64,000 nt of DNA. Origin: Deinococcus sp. GTDB taxonomy: Bacteria; Deinococcota; Deinococci; Deinococcales; Deinococcaceae. The DNA is taken from NCBI GenBank assembly GCA_965261005.1, contig OZ253375.1, positions 2,112,001-2,176,000 on the forward strand, given 5' to 3'. A model generated the notes under the pieces. The model did no database searches and had not been told where the DNA came from. It saw only the letters and a list, made by a program, of their open reading frames with translations. A program made the translations under genes and the position numbers. Positions 1 through 9,561 of this stretch are shown here, one piece after another. Numbering within the stretch: the stretch's first letter is position 1; the number at the start of each line of letters is the position of its first letter.

Positions 1-109
1 TTGCCCGCGCCCACGCCGGCTAGGGCTGTTGTGGCTTTCCCCAAAAAGTGAGATGAACCAGATTCGCCGCCCCGCGCGGTTCGTAGCGTGCGGGCAAGAC
101 GGGAGGCGC

Positions 110-430
110 ATGAACAGTCAATTGGGAGACACCATTATCGCGCTGCAAGGCGGACTCGCCAACATCAACCTGGACGCGGCGCTGGACAACGTCGAGGGTT
201 GGCAGACCCGGCTTGCGGGCGCCGAATTTCCGCATGCCGGCGACATACGGGACGGGCTGCGCGAATTGGCCGCGCTGCTGGCCGGCGAGGACTTGACGGG
301 GACGGGCGATTTGCTGGCACGCCTGGGCCAGTTCACCGGCGCCAGCGCGGCGAACGCGCCCTCAGATGTGCGCGAGGACGTGGCCACGCTGGGCGAGTTG
401 CTGACGCGCGCGGCCATTCAGCCCTTATGA
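110..430 (+). CDS. Hypothetical helical protein (paralog of next gene)
   Basis: ATG at 110 after GGGAGG RBS; aligns by eye with 441..782. Confidence 0.75.
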   Translation: MNSQLGDTIIALQGGLANINLDAALDNVEGWQTRLAGAEFPHAGDIRDGLRELAALLAGEDLTGTGDLLARLGQFTGASAANAPSDVREDVATLGELLTRAAIQPL

Positions 431-440
431 GGAAGCAGAA

Positions 441-782
441 ATGACGCAAGCGGCCGACCGACAGCTCGACGACACCATCGCCTTGTTGCAGGGCGACTTG
501 GAAAGTGCCGACGTGGAGGGGGCCAGCGACCTCCTCGAACGCTGGCGCCGCACCCTCGCGCGCGCCGACTTCGAGGGAGCCGAGGAGTTGAGCGGCCTGC
601 TCGCCCAACTGCAAGACCAACTGGAGGGCGACGAGGTGGGTCCCGGCGCCTTGACCGAACTGCTCACCGAACTGGCGGGGCTGACCCAAGACGCCGCCGA
701 CAGCGCCGGCGAGGACCTGAGCGGCAAGCTGCAACTGCTGGCCGACTCGCTGGGCGACGCGGCCGACGGCCTAAACGGCTAA
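441..782 (+). CDS. Hypothetical acidic helical protein (paralog of previous gene)
   Basis: GAGGA RBS; shared QLxDTIxxLQG...W..L pattern. Confidence 0.8.
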   Translation: MTQAADRQLDDTIALLQGDLESADVEGASDLLERWRRTLARADFEGAEELSGLLAQLQDQLEGDEVGPGALTELLTELAGLTQDAADSAGEDLSGKLQLLADSLGDAADGLNG

Positions 783-794
783 AGCTCTGAACGG

Positions 795-1562
795 CTACAG
801 CTGCGGGATTCGCTGCCGGGCCTCGTCCAGAAAATCGTGAAAGGTCAGGTCCAGCCGCACCGGCGTCACGCTGATAAAGCCGTCCTGAACGGCGCCGTAA
901 TCGGTGCTGTCAGCGTACTCGGCCTTGGGCGTGCCGGCCACCCAGTAGTAATCGCGCCCGTCTGGGTCTTGGCGGCGCACAATCTGGTCCTCGTAGCGGT
1001 GGTCGGACAAGGTTGTGACCCGCACCCCCCTCGGCTGGCCCGCCGGAAAGTTGACGTTGAGCAGCGTTCTGGGCGGCAACCCATGGGAAAGCACCTCGCG
1101 CACCAGCTTGCCGGCGTAGGCCGCGCCGTGGGTGAAGTCGAGTTCCTCCCCCGGCGCGGTGGCCTGCGAAAAGGCGATGGCCGGTACCCCAAAGGCCAGG
1201 CCCTCGATGGCCGCCGCCACCGTGCCCGAGTGGGTCAGGTCGTTGCCGAGATTCGGCCCCAAGTTGATGCCCGACACCACCAAGTCCGGCGTGCCGGTCA
1301 GGTGAACGCCTAGAACTACGCAGTCGGCCGGGGTGCCGTCCACCCGGTAGGCCGGCATCTCGCCGAAGCCCGCCGCCGCCGTGTGCTTGAAGCGCAGCGG
1401 GCGCCGAATGGTGATGCCGTGTCCCACCGCCGACTGCTCGACGTCGGGGGCGACCACGGTGACGTTGCCAACGTCGCGCAGCGCCAGCGCCAGCGCCTTG
1501 ATGCCCGGCGAAAAGATGCCGTCGTCGTTCGCGACGAGGATGTTTGGAAGGGGTTGGGTCAC
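795..1562 (-). CDS. surE: 5'/3'-nucleotidase SurE
   Basis: ILVANDDG, GTPADC, SGINLGPN, SGTVAAA motifs; GTG start 6 nt after TACACT. Confidence 0.95.
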   Translation of the reverse strand: MTQPLPNILVANDDGIFSPGIKALALALRDVGNVTVVAPDVEQSAVGHGITIRRPLRFKHTAAAGFGEMPAYRVDGTPADCVVLGVHLTGTPDLVVSGINLGPNLGNDLTHSGTVAAAIEGLAFGVPAIAFSQATAPGEELDFTHGAAYAGKLVREVLSHGLPPRTLLNVNFPAGQPRGVRVTTLSDHRYEDQIVRRQDPDGRDYYWVAGTPKAEYADSTDYGAVQDGFISVTPVRLDLTFHDFLDEARQRIPQL

Positions 1563-1763
1563 CGGGGCAGTGTAGAGAATTTGGGGAAGCGTTGCCGGAG
1601 TTTCGGCGCGCTCACGTCCATAAGTCAATGGCGTACTCGCGCCTGTAGTCGTGCGGCTTGCCCAGCAGCCGGCCATCCGCGGTCAGCGAGGCGGCGATGA
1701 CGGACGCCCTCTAAACCTCGCTCGGTGATGTCCGTGGTCATCGGTCACGCCCCCGCGCCAGCT

Positions 1764-2192
1764 TCATACCATTTCTTGGCGGTTCAGCAGCGCCCCAGCA
1801 ACCGCTGCGAGGTCGGCGTCAAAGGTCAGAAAGCGGATGTCCTGGTGCGCCCGGGCCTCCAGCGCCGAGGCCAGGTGCAGCGCGTCCATGGCCCGCAGCC
1901 GGGGATGGGCGACCACCAGCGTGCCCGCCCGCCGGTACACTGCCGGGGTGACGTCAACCTCGTTGACCGCGCGCCAATCCTCCTCGAAGTTGGCCACGAT
2001 CCGGTCGTGCTGCTCGTCACTCAGTTCGCCGGATGATCGGCGGCGCGCAAACACCGCCCGCGCCTCGGGATAAGCGATCACGCTGGTCACCACCTTGCCC
2101 ACCTCCGCGATCAGGCCAGCCACGCGGTCTTGCCCGGGTTCGTTGACGTACAGCTTCGCCAGGGCGCTGGTATCCAGGTACGCCAAGGTCAC
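1764..2192 (-). CDS. PIN-domain (VapC-like) toxin
   Basis: YLDTSALAKLY...E...LRAMDALHLASA...FLTFD. Confidence 0.9.
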   Translation of the reverse strand: MTLAYLDTSALAKLYVNEPGQDRVAGLIAEVGKVVTSVIAYPEARAVFARRRSSGELSDEQHDRIVANFEEDWRAVNEVDVTPAVYRRAGTLVVAHPRLRAMDALHLASALEARAHQDIRFLTFDADLAAVAGALLNRQEMV

Positions 2193-2560
2193 GCTTGGTC
2201 CCGGCCACGTCCCTGGGCCACCAACACCTCGCTGGGGATGCCGACGGGCGGTTGCCCCCCGCGTGGCCTCAAATGGAAGGTCTTCAAGTTCCGTGTGTCC
2301 AGCGCGGGGCGCTCTGGATCGCCGTGCAGGGGTGTGGGGTCATGCACCACTTCCAGCAGGTCGGCCAGCTCCACGCGCCGCCCGGTCAGCTTTTCCAGCC
2401 CGGCCATCACCGCCTCCAGCGTCTCCAGGCTGGGCCGCCGCTTGCCGGTATACATGTCGTTGATGGTGGCGTAGCGCACCCCAGACCCCTCGGCCAGTTG
2501 CTTGCGGTTCAGACGATGGTGTGCCAGCAGTTCGGGCAACAGGACACGAATCTGGGTCAT
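2189..2560 (-). CDS. XRE/Cro-type HTH protein, putative antitoxin
   Basis: LNRKQLAEGSGVRYATINDM HTH; GTGA overlap with PIN gene; TATGCT-N6-ATG. Confidence 0.8.
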   Translation of the reverse strand: MTQIRVLLPELLAHHRLNRKQLAEGSGVRYATINDMYTGKRRPSLETLEAVMAGLEKLTGRRVELADLLEVVHDPTPLHGDPERPALDTRNLKTFHLRPRGGQPPVGIPSEVLVAQGRGRDQA

Positions 2561-2672
2561 GCGGAGAGCATAGACGGTTTGGCGTCACTAGGAAGCGGTA
2601 AGTCGTCACGCTGGAGGTCAGATGCACATGTGAGCCTGATACTCCATCAAGCAGCCGTCAAGCAATGTGTGA

Positions 2673-2806
2673 TACGGATTCCGCTTCCTTTCTCAACATC
2701 GGGAAAAACGCCCAATGTTGCTCCAGACCGCAGAATCCGTATCTTTTTCCTATCCGCTCCGCTGGAAACTCAGTCAACGAAGTTGACTGAGTTTCCGGAA
2801 TCCGTA
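2673..2806 (+). repeat. Small Deinococcus-type repeat/MITE, copy A (134 bp)
   Basis: Terminal TACGGATTCCG/CGGAATCCGTA; core TTCCTATCCGCTCCGCT; 15-bp perfect hairpin. Confidence 0.9.
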
Positions 2807-2923
2807 TGGCATTGAGAATACCGTCCCAGGGTTGTGGCAAGTTATCGGCTGTAAAGGAGCGGCAGGGCAACCGCAAAGTCGGCACAGAATCCCTTCTCTC
2901 TCCGGGATCTTGCGGTTACCCTG

Positions 2924-3835
2924 TTACCCCTGCGCCACCAGCGCCGCGCCGATCACGCCGGCGTCGCTGCCGAGCTGCGCCCTCAACAACTTCACGGGGG
3001 CGAAGCCGGCCGCGAATTCGTTGGCGTGGCGCTGCACGCCCTCGAAGAAGTAGGTGCCCACCTCCGAGACGCCGCCGCCCAGCACGAAGACCTCCGGGTC
3101 GAGGAACTTCTGCACGTCGGCGAGGGCCATGCCCAGGTAGCGCAACGCCCCCTGCACGATCCGCTCTGCCTTGGGATCACCGCTCTGAGCCAAGTCGAAG
3201 ACCTCGGCCGTGGTCATGGGCGTACCGTAGGCGTAGCTGGCGTCGCGGGCGATGGCGGTGCCGCTGGCGACCGCCTCAAGGGCGCCCACCACGCCGCTGC
3301 CGGCGAGCGGCCCCCCCGGCAGGGCGACCACGTGGCCGAGTTCGCCGGCGATCTTGTTGAAGCCGCGCCACAGCTGTCCGCCCAGCACGATGCCGCTGCC
3401 GATGCCGGTGGAAATGGTGACGTACACGCTGCTGCTGGCCGCACGCGCCGCGCCCACGCGGTCCTCGGCCAAGGCGGCGGCCTTGGCGTCGTTCTCGATG
3501 AACAGCTGCTCGCCCAGCCGATCACGCAGGTACGCGAGAATCGGCACGTCGCGGAAGCCGTAGATGTTGGGCGCGAACTTGACCTCGCTGTAGTCGTGGT
3601 TGAGGGGACCGGGCACGCCCACACCCACCGCACGCGCCTCCGGAAACTCGCGCCGCAGTTCCAGCGCGGCCAGCGCCACGGCGTCCAGCACGCTGCGCCA
3701 CCCCTCCCTGGGCGTCGGCAGCGCGCGCCGGGTCAGCAGCCGCCCGTCGCGCAGGGCGCCGTAGGCGATCTTGGTGCCGCCCACGTCCACGCCAATGGTC
3801 ATCAGGGCGCCGTTCGTTCCCAGACTGTCCGTCAT
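2924..3835 (-). CDS. ROK-family sugar kinase (glucokinase-like)
   Basis: GVDVGGTK, ENDAKAAALAE, GTGIGSG-like, AGELGH motifs. Confidence 0.9.
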   Translation of the reverse strand: MTDSLGTNGALMTIGVDVGGTKIAYGALRDGRLLTRRALPTPREGWRSVLDAVALAALELRREFPEARAVGVGVPGPLNHDYSEVKFAPNIYGFRDVPILAYLRDRLGEQLFIENDAKAAALAEDRVGAARAASSSVYVTISTGIGSGIVLGGQLWRGFNKIAGELGHVVALPGGPLAGSGVVGALEAVASGTAIARDASYAYGTPMTTAEVFDLAQSGDPKAERIVQGALRYLGMALADVQKFLDPEVFVLGGGVSEVGTYFFEGVQRHANEFAAGFAPVKLLRAQLGSDAGVIGAALVAQG

Positions 3836-4086
3836 CCCTCACCCTCCAGCAGGAACAGCGCCCGCGCCTCCTGCACCTGCGGCACGTACAACCCCACGTC
3901 CCCTTGGTAACCGCCGGTCTCGATCTCGATGACGGGCGTGTAGATCACCCACTGAAAGGGGGTTCGCAGCACGCTCACCACGCCGCCCCCCGCCAGCAAG
4001 CTGCGAAAGGTCTCGGCGATGGGACGCGGAAACTCCCCCACCATCACCCAGGGGTCCCCCTGAAACTGCACTACTGGGCGGTCCAC
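3832..4086 (-). CDS. Small hypothetical protein
   Basis: Overlaps both neighbours in an operon; plausible composition. Confidence 0.65.
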   Translation of the reverse strand: MDRPVVQFQGDPWVMVGEFPRPIAETFRSLLAGGGVVSVLRTPFQWVIYTPVIEIETGGYQGDVGLYVPQVQEARALFLLEGEG

Positions 4087-4466
4087 TGCAAGCTCTCCTC
4101 AAGCCCGGCGCGCGCCAAGTCGGGCAGCGGGGCGGGGCGGCGGCCTCCCCCCGTGACGTGGACCTGCACCGTGCGCGCCTCGGCGGCCACGTCATCCTCG
4201 GCCAGCACCCGGTAGGCCAAGTCGAAGGAGGAGCGGCCCACCCGCGCCACGGCCACCTCGACCCGCACCCTTTGGCGCAGACGCACCTCGCGGCGATAAT
4301 CCATCTCCAGGCGGGCGATCACGGTGGACAGCTCAAATTGCTGTAAGTAGGCCATCCGCGCGGTTTCCAGGTACTGCGCGTAGGCGACGTTGTTGACGTG
4401 GCCGACTGAGTCCACGTCGCCGAAGCGCATTTGAATGTCGGTGCGGTGTGCCCGCGGCCAGTTCAT
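4071..4466 (-). CDS. Acyl-CoA thioesterase (4HBT/YbgC hotdog fold)
   Basis: RFGDVDSVGHVNNVAYAQYLETAR. Confidence 0.9.
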   Translation of the reverse strand: MNWPRAHRTDIQMRFGDVDSVGHVNNVAYAQYLETARMAYLQQFELSTVIARLEMDYRREVRLRQRVRVEVAVARVGRSSFDLAYRVLAEDDVAAEARTVQVHVTGGGRRPAPLPDLARAGLEESLQWTAQ

Positions 4467-4599
4467 AACAATTCCGGAGCATTCCTGACCGTAGGGAAGG
4501 AATGCTCCAGCGGAGCGGATAGGAACGGCGTGCGGATTTCGGGAATTGAAGTGCGGGCGAGTGCCGTTCTCGACCGCACGGAAATGGACGGAATGCGCG
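4466..4599 (-). repeat. Small repeat copy B (134 bp) inserted at thioesterase start codon
   Basis: Core TTCCTATCCGCTCCGCT, hairpins, flanking TGA duplication on minus strand. Confidence 0.85.
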
Positions 4600-4640
4600 T
4601 CATGAGGTGCAGTGTAGCGCCGCCGCTGTACACTCGGTTC

Positions 4641-4961
4641 ATGAAGCGCCCGCCCATCCTGATGATCATCGCCAGCGTGCTGGCGGGCCTGGGCATCGTG
4701 CAGATGACCTTTCTGGTCGGACAGAGCCTATACCGCACGGTCAGCTGGAGCGCCCAGTCCCGCGCTTTGCACGCGGAAAACGACCAGCTGAGGCGGGACA
4801 TCGGCGTGCTGGAAATGGTGCGCGCCCACCTGAACGACCCGGACTACCTGCGCGAGCTGGCCCGCTGCCAAGGCTTCGTGGGCGAGGGGGAACAAGTCGT
4901 GCTGGCCGAGAACGCCCGCATGCCCGAGAACGGCAACTGCGACAAGGTCGAGCTGCCGTAA
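4641..4961 (+). CDS. Septum formation initiator (FtsB/DivIC-like)
   Basis: N-terminal TM, coiled coil, DPDYLRELARCQGFV; TACACT-N6-ATG. Confidence 0.8.
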   Translation: MKRPPILMIIASVLAGLGIVQMTFLVGQSLYRTVSWSAQSRALHAENDQLRRDIGVLEMVRAHLNDPDYLRELARCQGFVGEGEQVVLAENARMPENGNCDKVELP

Positions 4962-5019
4962 GATTAAGGCCCGGCCCGGACAAGACACAAGCCGGACAGG
5001 ACACAAGGAGGAGAACCGT

Positions 5020-5520
5020 ATGTCCGAGGACCTGCATACCGTGATGCGCGCCGTTCACATCGCCCTGGGAGGGGCCGGCTTCGTGTTGGGCGCCCTCGCC
5101 GCCCTGCTGCCCAAGTTCGGTGCGCGGGCCAGCCTTCACCGCTTGGTCGGGCGCATCTACGGCGTCAGCATGTTGGGCGTGGGCGCGCTGTCAGTGCCGC
5201 TCGCTGCGAACCAGGGCAACGTCTTGCTGGTGTTTCTCGGCGCGCTCACCTTCGGGTACGTCGTCGTCGGCTGGCTGGCCATTCGGCGCGCCCGCCTCAC
5301 GGCCGCACCCAAAGGGCGGCGAAACCTGACCGGGCTGCACATCGTCATGATGGGTTCGTCGTATGGCGCTGCGTGGACGGCCTTTTTGTTGAATGTGCAG
5401 CCGCTGGGCGAGGGCGGCTGGCTGTTCTGGCTATACGCCTTTTCGCCGTCGCTGGTCGCCTTTGTGCTGATTTCCCGCTCTTTGCGGCAACAGGCGCGCC
5501 CACTCATCACCGCCCGTTAA
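5020..5520 (+). CDS. Membrane protein (DUF2306-like)
   Basis: Multiple TMs, HRLVGRIY and H..MM.SY motifs; AGGAGG RBS. Confidence 0.7.
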   Translation: MSEDLHTVMRAVHIALGGAGFVLGALAALLPKFGARASLHRLVGRIYGVSMLGVGALSVPLAANQGNVLLVFLGALTFGYVVVGWLAIRRARLTAAPKGRRNLTGLHIVMMGSSYGAAWTAFLLNVQPLGEGGWLFWLYAFSPSLVAFVLISRSLRQQARPLITAR

Positions 5521-6488
5521 CGCCGTCCGAACACCTGGGTCCAGTAGCGGCCCAGCGGGCTGCCGCCCCGCGCGGCGTAGGCGAGGCCGATCTCGGCGTA
5601 GTCGCCCATGACGTTGTGGCAATGGCCGGGGCTGTTCAGCCAGGCCCCCACGACCTCCTGCGGGGTGCGCTGGCCGCCGGCCAGGTTCTCGCCCACCGAG
5701 CGCCACGGGTAGCCCGCCGCGTGCGCCCGCTCGCCCACGTCGCTGCCGTCAAGCGGTGAGGTGTGGGCGAAGTAGCCGTTCAGGGCCATCGCGCTCGACT
5801 GCGCGCGGGCGGCCACGTCCAGAACCGCGCTGCGGGAGAGCGGCGGCAGCGCCTTGCCGCCGAACCGCTTGAGGGCGCAGTCCCAGCCCTGTGCCCGGGC
5901 TTGGTTGGTCAGGCGCAGCACCTCCGAGTCGAAGGGCGCGCTGGTCTCCACTGGGCCGCTGACAAAGCGCACCTCGCGCGTGAGCGGCCCGCTTCGCCCG
6001 CCGATGTCGAGCCGCAACAGGTGGGGGCCGCCAAGCAGCGCGGCGCGCCCCGCCACGGGATGGCCGTCCAGCGTCCAGCGCGGCGTGAAGGGCGCGTAGA
6101 CCCGGCTGGCCTGGGCGCCGAAGGTGGCGCCGTCGCCGCTCTCCAGCAAGGTGATCTGGGCGCGCTCGGGGCCGGCGTCCCCCGCCGTGACGCTCAGCGC
6201 GGCGGCGCTGTGCACGCTGCCGGTCACGATGACCTTCACTTGATAGCGGCCGGGCTGCCAGTAGGTGTGGCTGGGGGCGCTGCCCTCGCCGGTCTGCCCG
6301 TCGCCGAAGTCCCAAGCTACCCGCGCGCCCGGCGGCATCCGCGCCTCGAAGGTAACGGCCAGGGGCGCGAGGCCGTCGGCGGCGGCGCGGTAGCCGACGC
6401 CGTAGGAGGGCTGAGCGGCTGAACTTCGGGCGCTGCCCAAGCAGATGAGCGCGGCGAGCAGCAGGGGAAAGCGGGGAGAGGAGGACAT
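5517..6488 (-). CDS. Secreted PKD + CAP (SCP) domain protein
   Basis: Signal peptide, WDFGDG PKD motif, GENLA...WLNSPGHCHN...YWTQVFG. Confidence 0.9.
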   Translation of the reverse strand: MSSSPRFPLLLAALICLGSARSSAAQPSYGVGYRAAADGLAPLAVTFEARMPPGARVAWDFGDGQTGEGSAPSHTYWQPGRYQVKVIVTGSVHSAAALSVTAGDAGPERAQITLLESGDGATFGAQASRVYAPFTPRWTLDGHPVAGRAALLGGPHLLRLDIGGRSGPLTREVRFVSGPVETSAPFDSEVLRLTNQARAQGWDCALKRFGGKALPPLSRSAVLDVAARAQSSAMALNGYFAHTSPLDGSDVGERAHAAGYPWRSVGENLAGGQRTPQEVVGAWLNSPGHCHNVMGDYAEIGLAYAARGGSPLGRYWTQVFGRR

Positions 6489-6563
6489 GCCAACTTCAGT
6501 GTAGTGGAGCTTCCTTTGGCGGGCATTCGGCATTCTCCAGACTCCCCGCAACGGCGTTCAGGA

Positions 6564-7133
6564 TCATGCGTTCTCCGGTGACGAGGGCCTGGGCAGCGTC
6601 CGGTTTGTCGGCGGCCGAACGGGCCGGGCGGCGAGGCGCTGTTTCAGGACGGGCACAATGGCTTCCAGAGGGGGCTGAAGTGCCACCTGCTCCAGCGGCA
6701 GCAGGCTCAGGCGGTAGACCCGGCCCCGGTCCTTGCCTTGGCCCGTGACACGGTGTTTTGCGGGAAAGGACGTATCAGAGGGCAGCGCGCCCCAAAACAC
6801 CTCCCAGACCTCGCGCCGCCTCTTCTTGCCGCGTCTGACTTCCAGACAGGTGAGCGGTTCGAGCGCTTCCGGCCGCAAGCCCGATTCCTCTAAACACTCG
6901 CGGTACGCCGCCTCCAGCGGATCTTCCGTGCGCCCGACCTGGCCCTTGGGCAGCTCCAAGCGGTCGGCCGGACGCTCTCCCTCCATTCGCCGCATCACCA
7001 GCAGGCGCTCGCCGGACACCAGGCACACCACCGCCCGCCGCACAGTGGGGCGTGGCTTCCCCTTGCGGCGGGCGAGGGCCAACAGGAGCAACGCGGCCAG
7101 CGCGATCAACACCACAACGAAGAGGCTGCTCAC
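6564..7133 (-). CDS. Membrane-anchored NUDIX hydrolase
   Basis: N-terminal TM; Nudix box GQVGRTEDPLEAAYRECLEESGL; GTGA overlap. Confidence 0.8.
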   Translation of the reverse strand: MSSLFVVVLIALAALLLLALARRKGKPRPTVRRAVVCLVSGERLLVMRRMEGERPADRLELPKGQVGRTEDPLEAAYRECLEESGLRPEALEPLTCLEVRRGKKRRREVWEVFWGALPSDTSFPAKHRVTGQGKDRGRVYRLSLLPLEQVALQPPLEAIVPVLKQRLAARPVRPPTNRTLPRPSSPENA

Positions 7134-9454
7134 GGCTTTCCCCTGATGCCGAAGGTGGCCTCGGCGACGGCCCGAACGAAAAATAGACCGAAGCGTATCG
7201 TCGCGCCAAAACCGGCGACTCCCGCTGGAGTCGCACGCAGACTGCCCGCCAGCGCGCCCACCGCTGGCGGTGGGATGTCGAGCTGGCCTGTCAGCACCAT
7301 CCTTGTGTTCAGGCTCAACTTGGCCCGCATGCAAGTCGTCGCCCGCCAAGGACTGTGGGGCCAGCCGATGTTCTTGGTGCCGCTCAGCACCCACTCGGTT
7401 CCGGCGGCGTCGCTGAACGGCAATTCGTAGTGCATGACCCGCGCCGCGCCGCGCCCACGCTGGGCCAGCAGCCGCAAGGTGCCGCTCCGAATGATGGCGG
7501 GGGCGGGGGTCATGCCGGCCACGTCCACGGTGCCGCTGACTCGCGCGAGATGCTGGGCGTCCGTCAGGAACGCCTTCAGGTCCGGAATCCTGACCCGCAG
7601 GCGCAGCGTGGTGGCCTGCTGTCCGGACCGGCCGCCCGCCGTCAGCGCCCCGCTCACGCTCTCGGTGAAGCAGAGGCCCTGAACTTCCGGCTCAGCCCCC
7701 CCCATGTTGCCGCCGGTGTGACGGCGCACCGACTCCACGGCGGCGTCTTCGGGAATGGGACGCCGCACCACGTCGGCGTGTTCCGGGGCGCGCCAGTCGG
7801 GCTGGTCGGTGATGCGCCGCACCGCCAGTTCCATGCAGCGCTCGGCTAAGGCCGTGATGGTGAGGGCCGGGTTGGCCCCGGTGGCTCCCGGCAGGGACGA
7901 GCCGTCCAGCACGTACAGGCCGGGGTGGCCGAACACCTCGCCGTCCACGTTGACGACGCCTCGCCGGGGGCCGGCCGCCATGCGGCAGCCGCCCAGGTTG
8001 TGCACCGTGACCGGCTGGCGCAGCGCGCTCCAGGTCGGGCTGAACACCTGCTTGCCGCCCAGCGCCCGCACCACCTCGGCGCTGGCCGCCCGCTCGGCGG
8101 TGTAGAGCGGGTCGTTGCGCTTGGTGTCCCAGCGCACCCGCAGCTTGTGGCGCTTGCCGTGCAGGCTGATCCGGCCGTCGGCGCGGTCACGGCCCATCGC
8201 CAGCAGAGCCACCGTTCGGTTGGCGTTGGGGTCAAGCTCTGAAGGCGCGGGCAAACGCAACGCGCGCCGCAGCAAGCCCCAGCCCAGCTTCAGCGCCCGC
8301 AGCGGCACACGCGGCAGATCGAGCCAGGCGATCAGGTGCGCAATCGGGCGCGAGTAGCCGCCGTCCTCCAACACGAACCAGTGTTCGCGCCCGTTCTGCG
8401 CCTGCCCGTCTTGGGCGGCGTCAGGCCCAGGCTGGCCAGTTCGCACCAGCGACGCCGTGGTGATGGTGGGACCGTAGTCCGGGTCGGCGGTTTCGGGCAG
8501 GCGCACCGCGAAGCTGATGAAGTCGCCGTTGCCGGAGTAGACTTCACCCAGCCCGGCGGGCAGCCCAGGCAGCGTGCCGTACTGGTCGCGGCAGCGCAGC
8601 AGCAACTCGGTGCTGCCCACCGCGCCGGCGCACACGAAAACATGGCGCGCCCAGAGGTCGCGAACCTGAGCGGGAAAGCGCGATCCCCGGCCATCGTGTT
8701 CGCGCAGCCGCACCCGGTAGCCTGTCCCCGCGCGGGCGATGTGGACCGCCTCGCTCAGCGTGCCGACTTCCAGGCCGTGTTGCTCGGCCACCGCCAGATA
8801 ATTGCGGTCCAGGGTGTTCTTGGCCGCCACGTTGCAGCCGATGTCGCACTCGCCGCACATGGTGCAGGCTTGCTGCGGCAGGCCGGGCGGGGGACGCGCC
8901 GAATCGGGTTCGCGGGCATCGGGTTCACGAAACGTCACCGCCAAGTTCGGGTAAAAGAACCCGTCCATGCGGCCCACCTGCTCGGCGGCCTGGGCCATCA
9001 GCGTGCTTTTGGGCGAGGCCGCCCCAATGGGCAGCGGGCTGACGTTCAGCATGTGCGCCGCCAAGTCGTACCACGGGTCCAGCATCTGACGGCTGTAGGG
9101 GGCCGGCCAGCCTTCAAAGACCTCGTGCGGGGGGCGCATGGCGACGTTGGCGTACAGCAGAGAGCCGCCGCCGAAACCCGCCGCCCGCACCGCCAGGATG
9201 TCGGCGAGAGGATCGGCGTCGTAGAGGCCGTAGTTCAGCCGCCACAGCCAGCCGTCGCCCAGCTTCAGCCGGTCGCGCGGAAAGCTGCCGGGCGGCCAGC
9301 GGCGTCCGCGCTCCACCAAGGCCACGTCCACCCCGGCCTGGGCCAGCCGGCAGGCCGCCACCGCGCCGCCGAAGCCGCTGCCGATCACCAGCGCCTCGTA
9401 ACGGCCCCGGCTCAGGCGCTCGGGCGCAGGTTTGGGCAAGGTCTGAAGCGTCAT
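7130..9454 (-). CDS. GMC oxidoreductase, cholesterol-oxidase-like, with C-terminal extension
   Basis: GSGFGG FAD motif, GGGSL, CxxCGECxxGC, HNLGGC, GANPALTI. Confidence 0.9.
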   Translation of the reverse strand: MTLQTLPKPAPERLSRGRYEALVIGSGFGGAVAACRLAQAGVDVALVERGRRWPPGSFPRDRLKLGDGWLWRLNYGLYDADPLADILAVRAAGFGGGSLLYANVAMRPPHEVFEGWPAPYSRQMLDPWYDLAAHMLNVSPLPIGAASPKSTLMAQAAEQVGRMDGFFYPNLAVTFREPDAREPDSARPPPGLPQQACTMCGECDIGCNVAAKNTLDRNYLAVAEQHGLEVGTLSEAVHIARAGTGYRVRLREHDGRGSRFPAQVRDLWARHVFVCAGAVGSTELLLRCRDQYGTLPGLPAGLGEVYSGNGDFISFAVRLPETADPDYGPTITTASLVRTGQPGPDAAQDGQAQNGREHWFVLEDGGYSRPIAHLIAWLDLPRVPLRALKLGWGLLRRALRLPAPSELDPNANRTVALLAMGRDRADGRISLHGKRHKLRVRWDTKRNDPLYTAERAASAEVVRALGGKQVFSPTWSALRQPVTVHNLGGCRMAAGPRRGVVNVDGEVFGHPGLYVLDGSSLPGATGANPALTITALAERCMELAVRRITDQPDWRAPEHADVVRRPIPEDAAVESVRRHTGGNMGGAEPEVQGLCFTESVSGALTAGGRSGQQATTLRLRVRIPDLKAFLTDAQHLARVSGTVDVAGMTPAPAIIRSGTLRLLAQRGRGAARVMHYELPFSDAAGTEWVLSGTKNIGWPHSPWRATTCMRAKLSLNTRMVLTGQLDIPPPAVGALAGSLRATPAGVAGFGATIRFGLFFVRAVAEATFGIRGKP

Positions 9455-9561
9455 GACCAACCGCTCAGGCGCCGCCGGGCGGGGCGGCTTCGGCGCGGGA
9501 CTTGAGCTTGTTTGGACAGTTTGGTGTCATGGTTTCCCCGTTGTGTAAACAGACCGGCGTT

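Noticed and set aside
1620..1636. Possible radiation/desiccation response motif (DdrO box) upstream of surE
   Set aside because: Several mismatches at conserved palindrome positions
4976..5007. 16-bp direct repeat before the DUF2306-like gene as an operator
   Set aside because: No adjacent regulator; more simply a local tandem duplication
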